From the human T2T-CHM13v2.0 reference genome, Homo sapiens: a DNA stretch of 64,000 bases. Positions 1-16,004 of the stretch are shown piece by piece. Below the pieces are notes generated by a model, which did no database searches, was not told the DNA's origin, and was given only the letters and a program-made list of their open reading frames with translations. Each line of letters opens with the position of its first letter. Position 1 is the stretch's first letter. The DNA is taken from NCBI RefSeq assembly GCF_009914755.1, contig NC_060925.1, one strand, 5' to 3'. The position numbers and the translations under genes are program-made.

Positions 1-224
1 AATGGTAATATATTGATTCTGAATAGTAATTTGTGTCTCAGTGTGACCAAATTGACCAGACCTGCTTAGAGACTTTGTTCTGTTAAGACAATAGAGGAAC
101 CCAGGGCTGAGACCTCAGGACTATGGCGAGGAGAGGAAGGAGCTAAACAATATAATCTATTTCTTTCACATTTTCAGTGGAGCTGGCCTTGACTTCACAG
201 ACAATGACATTTTATTTATTTACT

Positions 225-1255
225 TATTTTTGAGTTGTAAAAACTTGACATTTTAAGTTTTATTTTGAAAGAACTGTAAATTTATAGAAAAGTTACTAAT
301 AGACTACAGATAATTTGTTTTTGCTATGAATCGTTCAAAAATAAGTTGCTAATCTGATGCTCCACTACCTCCAAATATTTTAGTTTATATTTCTTACCAA
401 CAACTACAGCCTCCTATATAACCACAATACAGTCTTCATACTTAGACCCTGGTGAGGTTTCACTAATTATCTCAATAATGTCATTTATGGCCAAAGTATC
501 CTGACTTGGAATCACATGCTGCATTTAGATATCATGTCTCTTCAGTGTTTTTCAGTCCTGAACAGTTCCTCAGTCTTTATTCAACTTTGTGACCTTTATA
601 TTTCTAAAGATTAGAGGCCATGGGCATGTCATATTTCTGTATAATTGAATTCAGTTATAAATATTTGGCAGGAATATCACAGAAATAATGTTACATTCTT
701 TTTATTTCATCCTATCTTGTGGTATATGATTTAATTTTCCTCCAATCTATGATATTCACTTTTATCACTACATTTTTTTAATATTTCTTATTGTCTGCCA
801 GCCTATGTTAACATTATTAACTATAATGTTAAGGGTTTTTTTTTAATTAATAAATATTTTGTGGGAAGGGATTTTGAAACTATATATATCCCATTTTAAA
901 CAAAATTTTGATTAATTAATTACTATTTGTCTAAAGTCTTGGTTTCCTATTTTAGTAACAATGAATAGATTATAACGTGTTGCTATCATGATTTACTTAG
1001 ATGCTCAAATTGGTTTCGATTCAACTAGTGGAACCCCTTCAAGCTGGCTTCTGTGTCCTATTGATATGTCACCATTACTTTGGCATAAAAAGATTTTCCA
1101 AGATCATATTGTATTTTGCTTCCCCTAGTTCTGGAATTTGCCATTTCACTTCTCTGAGGATCTTCATTTCGTAGAGTGAAGAATGGTATTTAGAAGTCAA
1201 GATCTGGAAACTAGGTATGTTCTTTGCTATGGAATATGTGTATGGGAATACATGC

Positions 1256-1288
<33 letters not shown>

Positions 1289-1550
1289 TGTATTTTTCTG
1301 AGTGTGTACACATACACACATTTATATCTTTTATTTCTACATTTAATCTGTGTATATTGAAAGCCATGCCTTCATATCATATCTCCAATTTCAATTCGAA
1401 CACAAAGTTCATTGCAGTTTTCTCATTTTCTGTATTTGTATATCTCTCCTCTGAGAGAAATCTGGCTCCTATTGTCTTTAATTTATCTAGTTATTTGATG
1501 AATTCTACCACATATAACCAACCTCCCATATCTGTCATCATCTATTCCCC
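225..1550 (-). mobile_element. Old L1 (L1MC/L1MD-like) 3' region, degraded
   Basis: T-rich L1M 3' end pattern (ttttattttgaaa...ttatagaaaagtt) followed by L1MC-like sequence. Boundaries approximate. Confidence 0.55.
1256..1288. repeat. (TA)n(GA)n compound microsatellite
   Basis: Directly visible. Confidence 0.95.
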
Positions 1551-1555
1551 ATGAA

Positions 1556-1940
1556 GATGCTCTTCTCATCTCACACAGGCTTCAATATCCTGACCCAGGC
1601 GATGCCTCTCACCTGGATGCCTTGGTCATGCCAATCAGGCTCTGACACACCAGGCCAGATCTCCCTTCTGTATCAATGCCCATCTGGCACTGGGCTGCCT
1701 CCAAGTGTGAATGCTCTCTTCACCTCACTCAGGTTCTGACTCCCCATGCCAGGCTGCTCCCCAGGATCACAGGCCCTCCTCTCTGTGCATAAGATCGGGC
1801 ACCCTATGCCAGGCCATTCCTTCTACAGGGAAACCATGCTTACCCCACCTGGGCTCTAAAACCCCATACTAGGTTGTCTTTCCAAGTCTGAACCTTCCTC
1901 ATCTTACGCTAAGCTGTCTTCAGGTGTGGATGCTCTCTTC
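1556..1940. repeat. Degenerate ~58-60 bp tandem array, about 7 units
   Basis: Recurring unit of the form gatgctctcttcacc..caggctctgacacccca.gccaggc at about 1556, 1616, 1675, 1710, 1769, 1831, 1891 and 1929. Confidence 0.55.
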
Positions 1941-2584
1941 TTCTGAGATTTCCTGTTTAATAGATTTTGGATATTCATATATGTATATATATGAATATAT
2001 ACATATATACACACATTTATACATATATATTTAACAGATCTGTAATATTTTACATATCATGTCATACTACAATATGAGTGGTGAAAACAAGGCAAATTCA
2101 AAAGTCTGGGGGAAATCCTGGACTTTTTTTCTTTAATAGGACCATATTCTATTTCGAAAAATCTATTCATTTGTCCAGTACATGACTCTAGATGTATTCT
2201 TCCATTCATTTGTTCCACCATCAACTATTTATCAAGTGTTTTCCACATTCGAGGTACTCTGCTACATGCTAGAAATACTAAGATGAATAAAACATGATCT
2301 TGGGGAACAATTTCAGGAAGTAGACAGACGGTAAATAAATAAGTACAGTAAAATTTAACAGGTGATATAAAAATAGTATATATAGGGTAAAATAAGGCCA
2401 CAAAAGAGGAAGTAGCCATTCTGTCTGAGGGTGGTGGGACCAATATTTAATTCTCAGGTGCTTGGGCAAAGTTTCAATAGCTGAGGAAGTTTCTCTGTCA
2501 ATAAGACAATAAGAGAAGGATATAGAAACAGAAGAAAGAAGAAAGACACTGGTTTATTAAGGAAGAATAAATAGTGTGATATAA

Positions 2585-2889
<305 letters not shown>

Positions 2890-4880
2890 AGTTTGACGTT
2901 AGTGGAGGGTAAAGTGCAAATGCAGAGGACAGAGGAAAGGCACAAAATGCAGCAAGAAATGAGGCTAGAAGTAGGAATGGCTGTTTCATGGAGGACTTTG
3001 AAAGCCTTCCTATGGAAGGTAATAGGGAGCCACTGCAGGGCTTTAAGCAGATATTTTAAATAAATTATAGAAATGCAGTCTTATCAGTCCACACATTATA
3101 TTTTATTAAAACTTAATCTCATTATTACTTTGTAGATAGTAAATAGAAATTGCAAGTCTAATATTTCCCCCCTCCCTAATGAATTGTCTTGTGCACCCTC
3201 TCCTCTTTGGACACCACTTCTAGAGAGACCGAAAAAAATTTTGTTAATACATAATGAGCATTCCTTCCAGCTATAAGAACTGGAAGGGGAAGAATATGCC
3301 AAAAGCACAGACATCAATGATGAAATCATGTCAATCTGCAACATATATAGTTACAAACTGATTTAATGGTCACTGTTAGGCTGAACTTTCTTGTGAATCA
3401 CTTTATAAAACAGCTCTATATCTTAGAAAATAATTTGTAAGAAGCAGGACCCATTTCGATAGAAAAAATATTTAAATAATAAGTTAGTACCAGGTGTTAG
3501 GTATATATATATAATATAGCCAGTTTATTCATTAGTTCATCAAATATTTATTGCATGGCCATTAGGTACCTGGCCATCTTCCAAGCACTAATTATATTTG
3601 CACATCTCATCACCAAGGGTCTTTCTTTAGATATGGGAGTGACTAGGCAATGAAGAAATGAATTTCTAAATTATTTTAAGATAATATAATACATGAATAG
3701 ACTGGCACATCTGCACTTTAAGGTGAGATTACTATTTAATTATCAATTCTATCTCTTCCTAGAGCTAGATCATACATTCTTCAAAAAACAAACCTGTATT
3801 GGTTTGATCATTAATATAAACTTAGTAGCACCTAGCAGTTACTGGCATGCAGTAAGCATTCAATATCCATTTGTTGGCGAGGTGGAGAGAAAAGGGGGAA
3901 AGAAAAGAATGGAGAAAAGGAATCAAATGGATTTTGAAATTCTGAGACCAAAGGGAAAGAGCCATTTTATTGTCCTCAAAACATAGCTTGATTGTAACTA
4001 CTATAGTATTTCTTCTGATTTGAAAACCCCCATCAAAGGCATACAGTCCTGCCTGACATCCTGGATCTCCACTTAGAAACAGAATGTAACTCAGGAGTCT
4101 GAGACACAAGATAATCAGTTCTTAGAAGTATATGCCTCCTCATTCAAAAGTTCATTAACTTTCAGGTTTTAAGATAAAAAGTATTTTTGTTATTATAAAA
4201 GTAATATAAGTACTTTAAAGAAATTTTGCAAAATATAGGAAAACAGAACTGAAACATTATCATATTTCCACCTCCTAAAGATAACCACTGTTAACATTTT
4301 ACACGTTAAATCAGTTCCAAATTTTAAAATCCCTGTGGTGCAACTTTCTATAATGCTATGAGGAACTTATAGACAACTAAAATGAACCAAAAAAACACAG
4401 TAGAGTAATGCCATCCATACTTAATGAGACAAGATTCAGGGCCCTGAAAGAGTTTCAAGATTGAGCTATCATGAGGTTACGAGGTCCTTAAGGAAATATA
4501 ACGTATTCTAGTCATCTTTTTTATGCCCCAGCAATAGGACCCAGGAGTGAGCCTTGCACATACTATTCACTCAGTAAATGTTCCTTGAATAAATACTTAG
4601 AAAAAAAATGGGAATCAGCATTGTTTTCTTTTCGAGACTCTTCTTTCTATGATCGTGAACCTGCTCACTCCCCAGCTCCTCCCGAATGACCCCATCCTTT
4701 ATCATTCCTTGCGCTGAACATTAGTTCCAGCAGTAATAAAGAGCTTGCTGTAGCCCCAAAGTGTTGTTGTTTTAGGCATTCAAAACTTTAACCATATCAT
4801 TTGCCACCTTCATCACTAAGATAAGTTCTAATTCCTTACAATTCAGCTCAGAAGCCATGTCTCCCCTGACATTTGTCACA

Positions 4881-5303
4881 TATCTTAGTCCATTTTCTTT
4901 TGCTACAATATCTGAGACTAGGCAATTTATGGAGAAAATAAATGTATTTCTGCTGGGTGAGAGCATTTGAAAATATTTTTTAAAAGTTATTTCTGTAAGA
5001 AATAACTAAGTTCTGAAGGCTGGAAGGTCTGAGAGCACGGCACTAGCATTTGGTGAAGACCTTACTGTGTCATAACATGATGCATGATATCACATGGTGA
5101 TAGGGCAAGAGTGTGCATGTCAGCTCAGGTCTCCCTTCCTCTTCTCATAAAGCCACTAGTCTCACCATGTGGGCCTCACCATGATGACCTTATCTAATCC
5201 TATTACCTCCCAAAGGCCCCACTTCCAAATACCATCAACATATACACATGGGGATTAAGTTTCCAACACATGAACTTTTCGTGGACACATTCAAACCACT
5301 GTG
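4881..5303 (-). mobile_element. MaLR solo LTR (MST-like)
   Basis: Ends tatcttagtccattt...ggacacattcaaaccac. 5-bp TSD TCACA at 4876-4880 and 5304-5308. Confidence 0.8.
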
Positions 5304-5519
5304 TCACACATTCCCAGGCTGAGCTAAGTGCTATATTTCTGGGTTCCTAGAGTACCCGCAAATATCTAACAATGCAATTGCCATATTGCATGGAAATTAG
5401 CCACTTACAGTTGTTTACTCACAGGCTAAGATCTTTGAGGCTTATATTATATCAACTTTATTACATAATATATATATATAACAAAAATAAAGATAGAAAA
5501 AAATATATAATTATGTGTG

Positions 5520-5522
<3 letters not shown>

Positions 5523-5552
<30 letters not shown>
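5523..5552. repeat. (CA)n microsatellite
   Basis: Directly visible. Confidence 0.95.
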
Positions 5553-5559
<7 letters not shown>

Positions 5560-5564
5560 CGTGT

Positions 5565-5689
5565 AATTTTATAGCAATAGGGTCTCACTATATTGCCAAG
5601 GCAGGTCTCCAACTCCTGGCCTCAAGCAATCTTCCTGCCTTATCCTCCCAAAATGCTGGGATTACAGGTGTGTGCTACCATGCCCAGCC
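5565..5689 (-). mobile_element. FLAM / Alu left monomer
   Basis: gggtctcactatattgccaagg...ctcctggcctcaagcaatc...ccatgcccagcc, monomer only. Confidence 0.85.
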
Positions 5690-5876
5690 TGGGCTTCTAT
5701 ATATTCACAAATACTGACATGGGCTCAATAAATATTTATTGAATAAATGAGAGAACAAAAGAATGAATCATCTTATTTCTTTCCTTTTTTGTTTTAGTTT
5801 TTATCTCTTTAATTTACTTCTGTTTGTTAGGTCAAGCTGATCACTCACAGTTTTACTTACCTTAAAAAAAAGTACA

Positions 5877-6187
<311 letters not shown>

Positions 6188-7159
6188 GTACAAAAACCCC
6201 TCTTGCCCATCAAACAGAAATCAGAAATTTAAAATGTTAAAAATGGCAAAAACTGTTACCTTTACTCATCTAGCCAAAAAGCAATCCCTTCCTAATTTAT
6301 TATAATTAATTTTCAATAAACAGCATCATTACCAATTTCTCTCAATGGCCTTTGCAACAGAGTCACCTTGTAATCATTACTCTATCACAACCACATGTGT
6401 TATTTAAGTATCTATTCTTTCTCCCTGAAAAGATATAAAGGAGGTCCTGCCGACTTTCTCTATTGATGTCATCAGGTCTGTCTCTTTCTATTTCTAGAGC
6501 CTCTGACTTTAATCTCTTCCAATTTAGTTTGACCTAGTTGCATCAAAGTAACAATTCAGTATAGTCAAAATTAAGCTGCATACAAGGAATTCCAATTTCC
6601 TATGATATGGGATTCAAATTAAATAGAATTACAATTTTTATCCTGGCTTCTAAGGCTAAAATCACACCCATCTCTACCAGAATTCTCTACCATATTTCCT
6701 CTATCTAAGAAAATGTATTTCCTTGTGCTTCCAGCTATGTATTTCCCACTGAAGTCAAGAAAATATTCTTGCTGTATACCACAGTAAATTTGCAAATTCC
6801 TTCATTGGTGTTTTTGCACATGCTTTAGATCTTTTCTCATTCTCTTTGTGCCCTAATTTGTCTTTCATACCCCTGCTTATATCTCTCTTCCTTTAAGTTT
6901 TCTTAACTACTTTCAGGTCATATTAACTGCTCTGTTGCTACACAATCCAACATTTGGATTTTACTGAAATAACAATATCCTTATTTGCATGTGGCACTGT
7001 AAATGTTCTAAAAGATCTTTATGTATATACTTTTAGATCACTGACAACAGGAGTGTTGTTCTCCCCTACTGGGCTTAATCTAGCAGCACTTTGACACAAG
7101 ATGATTTCTTAATAGATGCTGTGGATTTATTGTCTTACATCTAAGGGTGTTCAATAAAT

Positions 7160-7486
<327 letters not shown>

Positions 7487-8198
7487 TTAAATTGAATTGG
7501 CTGCTCATCTTCAATAAACTACTTATAAATAATAGTAAAATACAGGAAACAGTACATTTACATTAAGGTTAGTATTTAAATCATTAATACTTCCCATAAT
7601 CCTATCAAGTTTCTAATATTTGCATAGAGCTTTATCATAGCGTTCTAATGCTACTTCTACTTGTCACCCCCCTACACCTATACACACATACATACATGCA
7701 CTGTTAAATGTCCAAGAAAAAGTAGTTTGCTTTAGGAAGAAAACCCAAAGCAAACTGAAAGGTATACTAGTGAATACCAAATTTCACATAAGTCTTATTG
7801 CCCATATTTATTTATGTATTGGTATGTTGCCACTGTATTATAAAAGCTTTATTTATGGCCCCCCTATGTCAAAGGATATATAATACCTTAGATAATTTCT
7901 ATTATGAAGCTTGCAAAATGTATTTACCTGGACAATTTAGCAAGAAGAAAGAAAAAAAGAAAATGCGATAGTAAATGCTTCTGCCTATTCTATATTGTCA
8001 CTAAGTTAACAAAAAAAATTATCTTTCTTGGAATGTTATGTAAAAATAAATTTTATGAAGTGCCATTTTGAATTAAAACTTTGTATATTATATTCATTTT
8101 TACATTATTTACTTAAAGGAACAAACGAAAAATTTTAAACCTGTTAAAATAGTGAATAGATAACACAAACTAGGATAATATTTTAAACAATAACTTAC

Positions 8199-8300
8199 AG
8201 GATCAGCAGGTCCACAAAATTCTCGAAATGTCTTTGTAGCATTATTCTGTTGAATCTCCATTGCTACACAAGGGCCAGAATACATTTCTGTCACCATGTC
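8199..8300 (-). CDS. NME7: NME7 internal coding exon, 102 nt, DMVTEMYSGPCVAMEIQQNNATKTFREFCGPADP
   Basis: Minus strand reads ttacatatcatag|GACATGGTG...GCTGATCCT|gtaagt. Phase 0-0, 34 codons, NDK SGPCVAME and GPADP motifs. Overlaps the ORF track entry 8109..8297. Confidence 0.97.
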
Positions 8301-8669
8301 CTATGATATGTAATATAAAAGAATGAAAAGAATTTAACAATTTTTAACTCTCCCCTTTTAATTGTTTCACTGTTCCACTAATGTCCTTAAAGTCATCTGT
8401 GACTTCTTCCCCACTTATATCCCACATATCAAGCAGTTCCCAAATTCTGTCCATTTTTCCTTGAAGAATATTTTTTAGATATGCTCTCTCTTCTCCATTC
8501 CTATCACATTTTAATATAATGCTTTATCATCCGACACTTTCATTATTTGGAATGATCTTCTAGTATATCTTCCTTGCAAAGGCCTTCTTGAATACAATGT
8601 TGTTGAATTCACATTACTAAATATATATATATAAATTTCAAAGGTTTTATCCTAAAAAACCTTTTAAAA

Positions 8670-10740
<2,071 letters not shown>

Positions 10741-11353
10741 GAAAAACATGATCCAAGAAAAATGCCTCTCATAGTGTCTAGAACACTCAAAAATAATTTT
10801 TTTCACCCTCTTGAATAGGAAAGAATACTTTAGGCAGAAGTGAAAATGGATATAAAGACTTTGAGGCAGAAGTACAGTAGGGATATATGAAGATCAGCTT
10901 AGAGGCTAGGAGCTGAGTGAGACTACGGGAAAGTAGTAAGAGATGAGGCCAGACCATGCAGGGTCATGTAAACCATTTTCATGACTTTGAGGATTTACGA
11001 TACACAACATCAAAGTAAAATAATTTATTACAGAATATATTTGAATATTGATCCAAAAGCAGTCATCTCAGCTAATACAAACTACAGAAGCTAAAAGAGG
11101 AGGAAAAGGACTTCAAAATTTATATGGTACTCATAACTCTACTCATTAGAGTTCCTGAGTGTATCCCCCAAAGCCATTTTGCTATTTCACAAAGGTCATA
11201 TGTAATTGATTTTTTATGGATAATTATATTGAGTCTGATTTTCTGCCTCTGATATTGAAGTACTGCCTACACACAAATGTCAAAGCCAAATTTTCAGAAG
11301 GAGCAGAAGGCATGAACAAGTTTTCCAAAAACAGAAGAGTAAATTTTGTCTGC

Positions 11354-11482
11354 TCTTCTCCCTCCCTTCCTTGTTTCCTTCCTTTTCCTCTCCCTCCTTT
11401 TTTTCCTTTGTTTCTTTCTTTCTTCTTTTTCTCTCTCCCTCCTTCCTTTTTTCTTTCTTTGTCTCTCTCACTCATTCTCTTT
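11354..11482. repeat. CT-rich polypyrimidine low-complexity tract
   Basis: About 130 nt of nearly pure C/T. Explains the spurious K/E/R-rich ORFs at 11224-11475. Confidence 0.9.
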
Positions 11483-11989
11483 CAGTGTTGATTACAGATA
11501 CCACTGAAAATAGACATACAAGGCTGTCAAAATGTATAAAATGGAAAGAAAAAACATGTTAAACAAAGAACTTCATCAAAAGCATAACATGTTCCTTCAA
11601 AAATTGACTCAGAATTTTTAAGTCACCCTAGTTTTTAATTAAGTCACAAATTTTTTAAACAAAAAAACAACCTTTCTGTTTCCTTTACAGCCTTTTGACT
11701 GCTGTCCTTAGGTAGCTATGTGTAGGATCATTTGATTTCATGTCTATCTTCTCCAGAGCATAAGCTCCATAAATGCAGGCAGTATGTTTTTTGTTCATCA
11801 CTGATTATTTGGCTTATAGCAGATACTCAATATATATAATAAGTGTGGATCATAGTAACAGCATGAGATAGGAATTATCACCTTTTTATGACTGTACATG
11901 TTGAAGCAGAAAATACAGGTGTAAATAATCAACACGGAATCTACTACCAAAGAATTATATCAGACTAAATAATAATAAAAACAACAATA

Positions 11990-12200
11990 ATAGCAGGTAA
12001 TATTTACTGAGTACTTTTAATATGTGAGACAGTTTTACATAATTTATTTCATTTAATTCCCACAACAATCTCATAAGGTAGGTAATAGCATTATTCCCAT
12101 TTTATAAATGGGTTAATCAAGGTTTAAAGAAGGTAAATAAATTGTCGATGGTCATATAACTAGAAGATTTAAGATCTGAACCTAGCATCTGACTCTACAG
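11990..12200 (-). mobile_element. MIR
   Basis: Core tttaattcccacaacaatctcataaggtaggt...cccattttataaatgg. Confidence 0.75.
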
Positions 12201-12610
12201 AGGGGGAAGAAAAAAGAAGAGAACTGAATTTAGGAAGCTGCAGGCTGGTTGCAATGAATTTTGGGAGATATGAAAGGTATACAGTTTGAAGAATGTAATG
12301 TGGAAATAACTGACTGGTTAACATCAGGTTACCTCAGGTTACTTTTTGTTGTATGGATGAAAGACAGAGAAAACTTCATTATTATACCAAACAAAATTAG
12401 CCTGTTTGGGAAATTTGGCTCGCTCTCTCCTGATTTCTCAGAAGGTCAGATAACAACCTAAGTCGTTGACACAGAACTTTAGTATGAATGACTCTGTATT
12501 GATTTTCAGTCTGGCCATTTGGGACCTAGTACAGGAGCTTAGTCCAAAACACTGCATCCTATACTTTTCACTTAACAGTACAAATGTTTTACATTTACTT
12601 TTATACTTAC

Positions 12611-12679
12611 ATGATATTCGGTCACTACTCCTTTATAAACTTCATAGAATTCCTCAACATTAACCCGATCCATATTGAA
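12611..12679 (-). CDS. NME7: NME7 internal coding exon, 69 nt, FNMDRVNVEEFYEVYKGVVTEYH
   Basis: Minus strand reads ttttttaatatag|TTCAATATGG...GAATATCAT|gtaagt. Phase 0-0, 23 codons, NDK-like EEFY motif. Confidence 0.97.
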
Positions 12680-12859
12680 CTATATTAAAAAATAAAACAA
12701 AACAAAACCATAAACCAACCAACAAAAGGGAAATAAATAAGCCACACTTAGCACTTAACACTTGTAATCTCTTCTTTACTCTAAAACATAAACTTTACAT
12801 AGATTACTCTTTGAAGAAAAAGTGTTATTAAACATCAACTCATCAAGAATAATAATGGA

Positions 12860-13060
12860 TAACAGCATCACTCTAGGTTCTATACGTGCATCATCTCATT
12901 TAGCCCTCACAACCACCTTACTGCATAGGTAGTATTAATGGCTCCAACTTACAGATGAGACTACTAAGACTCAGAGGAGTCATACAACTTCCTCAAACTG
13001 GCATCCTATCTCAAGCAGTCTGACCCCATTGATAATACTTTTACCTACTACACTACACCT
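12860..13060 (-). mobile_element. MIR
   Basis: Core catttagccctcacaacc...ttacagatgagactactaagactcagag. Confidence 0.7.
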
Positions 13061-13699
13061 CTCTCTGAATAAAACCTCATTCTTGATACAAAAGAAGATT
13101 TATATGCAATATTAATTATACTATTGATAGATTAGTGGCACAAGAAAGAAATATTACTAAAGAAAAGTAGTTCAGACTTTTAGAGGAAACAGAAAACAAT
13201 ACCATTTTCCTCCCAAGCATTCGGAAAAATCCCTAGTTAGTCTGGTTTGTGTTAAAGCATTTATACAAGTCATGTGGACTTCCTGCTACTCTTCAAAAAG
13301 AACTGTAAAAGTGTGCTTACAAAGTAAGTCTAGAGGGACTTATTCTTATCAAGGCTGAATTTAAATTTAGTTAGGAATAAAATTTCGTTAAATTCTAAGG
13401 TTCTCAAAAACTAAGACCTTATTTTTTTTAAAAAGTAGCCTCAGAATTCCCAGTTTTATTTTCCCTCCATTTTGCTTGTTTATTGTTGCCAGGATTGAAG
13501 ACCCACTGAGAAATTTCTGCCAATATGGACAATCATTTAAGCTAGGAGGATTTATTTTTATGGGCAACATTACTACCATAGGGAGGAAATTCTGTTGGAT
13601 TTCAGTGTTTTATCCAACATTCACATATGTTTTGCTAAATGCAACAAAATACTAATAGAAGATATCATTTATTAAATACTTAGAATTTGAGCCAGAAAT

Positions 13700-13900
13700 G
13701 ATTATTTTATTTAATCTGCTGAGTAACCCATTTAGGCAGATACTAATGCTTTCATTGCCTAGATGAGAAAACTGAGAATAAGAATGCTTGACATTTGGCC
13801 AAGGCCACATGCCTAGAAAACAGCTGACCCAAGATTCAGAAATAGATCTTTCTGACTCCACAAGTCCACGACTGTGTTTGCTACTACACTACCATGCCTT
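13700..13900 (-). mobile_element. MIR
   Basis: Core tagatgagaaaactgag...ggccaaggccaca...tctgactcca. Confidence 0.65.
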
Positions 13901-15103
13901 ACCTATAGGCTCAATTAATCATTTTTAAAATTATTTTTTTCATTAGTACAAACTATACCCAATCACCAATCACTATGCTAAACTGTAGATCTAGAATTAG
14001 GTCAGTGTTTAAAACTAACATTTCTATATTTTTTTAAATAGGCTTACATGTCATCCTACAATCTTGTTAATATATCACCAAGCTAATACTTTTAGAAAGT
14101 TTTGGCTGACAATTACTTTATAATTCTAGGTAAGATTCTTCAAATATCAGTTTTCTCATTAGTCTTTAAGTTTTGCTCAATGACTTTGTAAACTATTTCC
14201 CTTTTTTTTTTTTTCTTTTTTGGCTTATTGGCACAAAATAGAACTCCAGTTTGTGTCCTGGTCCTTGATTTTGGGTAATCTTAAGACTTTAGAAAGCTGT
14301 TTCTTTTCAGAAAATAAAATACAAATAATACCAGTAAGAAAATTCTCAGCTTCAAAATGGCTATTTTGGTATTTCACTATCAAAAAAGCACAAACTTGCT
14401 GGGCTTCAAACACTGTAAAAACCAAATTGTTTATCTGATTTATATAATAATCTGTTGCCCAATTTCTAGTCAAATGTACCGATGAGTACAGCACAAAGGT
14501 ATGACCTCTACCAAAGTGGGTGTTGTTTCTCACTGAAAGGTTTCCTAGGAGTGTATGAACAACGCAATTTTGAACAAGCGTGGGCTCTGAAGGTGCAGCG
14601 GTACAAGTGCCAACAGAGTTGCTAGAATACACTAACTCCAAAGACAGTCTTGAGAGAAAGTCCAAAAACCAGCAAAAGGCACTGGTTAGGGAAAAAAAAT
14701 CTGAACTGATTCTCTTCCTTCATTATTTGTTTAGTGAAGAATCCAGAAGACAGAAAACTCATCACAATTTCTCACTTTGATTCTACTTTTTGTTTATAAG
14801 AACAAAATACAGTTTTTGGTCCTTATTTATTTTGCAACTAAAGTTTCCAGAATTGTATAAACTTACCTTATAAGCTTAAATTAGGTGTATCATTGAATAT
14901 TACTTCTCTCAGTAAAATATTATATGGGAAAAATCATTTCAAAAACCATTTTTTGACTACAGGAAGGTTACTGAGTTCAGTAAGTATGTCTTTTATTTTT
15001 AATGTGGTTCATGAGTACACAGGGAACATTCAATGTAAAGCATTTTATAACTATTTTTGAAAAAAATCCTCACAAATATTATGGTTCATTGTAAACTACC
15101 TAC

Positions 15104-15168
15104 CATCTGCATAGCTGAGATTTCAAAACCTGCATCTCGGATAGCCATCAGGATCTTTCCCAACAGTC
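15104..15168 (-). CDS. NME7: NME7 internal coding exon, 65 nt, (G)LLGKILMAIRDAGFEISAMQM
   Basis: Minus strand reads ccttcattttcag|GACTGTTGGG...ATGCAGATG|gtaggt. Starts in phase 1, ends in phase 0. The peptide matches the NME7 second NDK domain as I recall it and joins in frame to the next two exons. Confidence 0.96.
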
Positions 15169-15957
15169 CTGAAAATGAAGGACAATGAGTGAAAAAATAC
15201 AAAATTTTAAGACATTTTAGTTTCTTAGAAATGCAAATTTTTTATAGCAAAGTACTTTTTGTTTATACTCTATATTTAAAAAAACACATATTTTGCAAGA
15301 GAAACTAAATTAAATCCCTAATACTGAGCATTAAATCTAATCATTTGATTTCCTTTGTAAGTGCTTCAAGAATATCAACAATGGTTCTGAGGTTTATGCA
15401 AAAAACTTTTAAGATAATATTTTGCCTTTAAAGCCCCTGAAGTCTAGGTGATATAGAGAACATAAAAATCAAACAATTATAAATGGCATTATTTAATACA
15501 AAGAAACGAAATGCCAAAGTACCAGATACAGAAGGAATTCAAACAAGAGTTCAAAGAAGGAGAAAAATCAAATTGTAACTGAAGAGATAGGAAGAAGCTT
15601 CACGGGGAAATGAAAAGCATGAATGGTCCTTAAAGGCTGTGGACAGATGGGCTTATACAGGGATAGGAGAGAAGGCACACATCTGGGAAAGTATGAGCAT
15701 ATTTAAAAGACAGTAAGAAGACAGAAAAGAAAAACAAATAAAAAAGGAAAAGAGATTGAATTCAAATCGATAAAGGCCTTGGATACCAACATGAGGAATA
15801 TAGTCTTTATCCTACAGATGAGTGGTTTCTATATTGGAGTCTATAGTCTCTGGGCAAATGGGGCTGACTTTGAGATTCCATTTGTTTCCTATAAAAGTCT
15901 AAGTTTCTTTTTTTCAAGTCAACTAAAACTCTGTCTCTTACACATACATGCACAAAG

Positions 15958-15958
<1 letters not shown>

Positions 15959-16002
<44 letters not shown>
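15959..16002. repeat. (CA)~22 microsatellite
   Basis: Directly visible, uninterrupted, likely polymorphic. Confidence 0.97.

Positions 16003-16004
<2 letters not shown>

Noticed and set aside
11216-11562. Overlapping K/E/R-rich and F/S/L-rich ORFs
   Set aside because: Translations of a CT-rich low-complexity tract.
14225-14665. 146-aa minus-strand ORF as a nested gene or extra exon
   Set aside because: Non-ATG start, no recognisable domain, no clean splice boundaries, and not part of the NME7 protein as I recall it.
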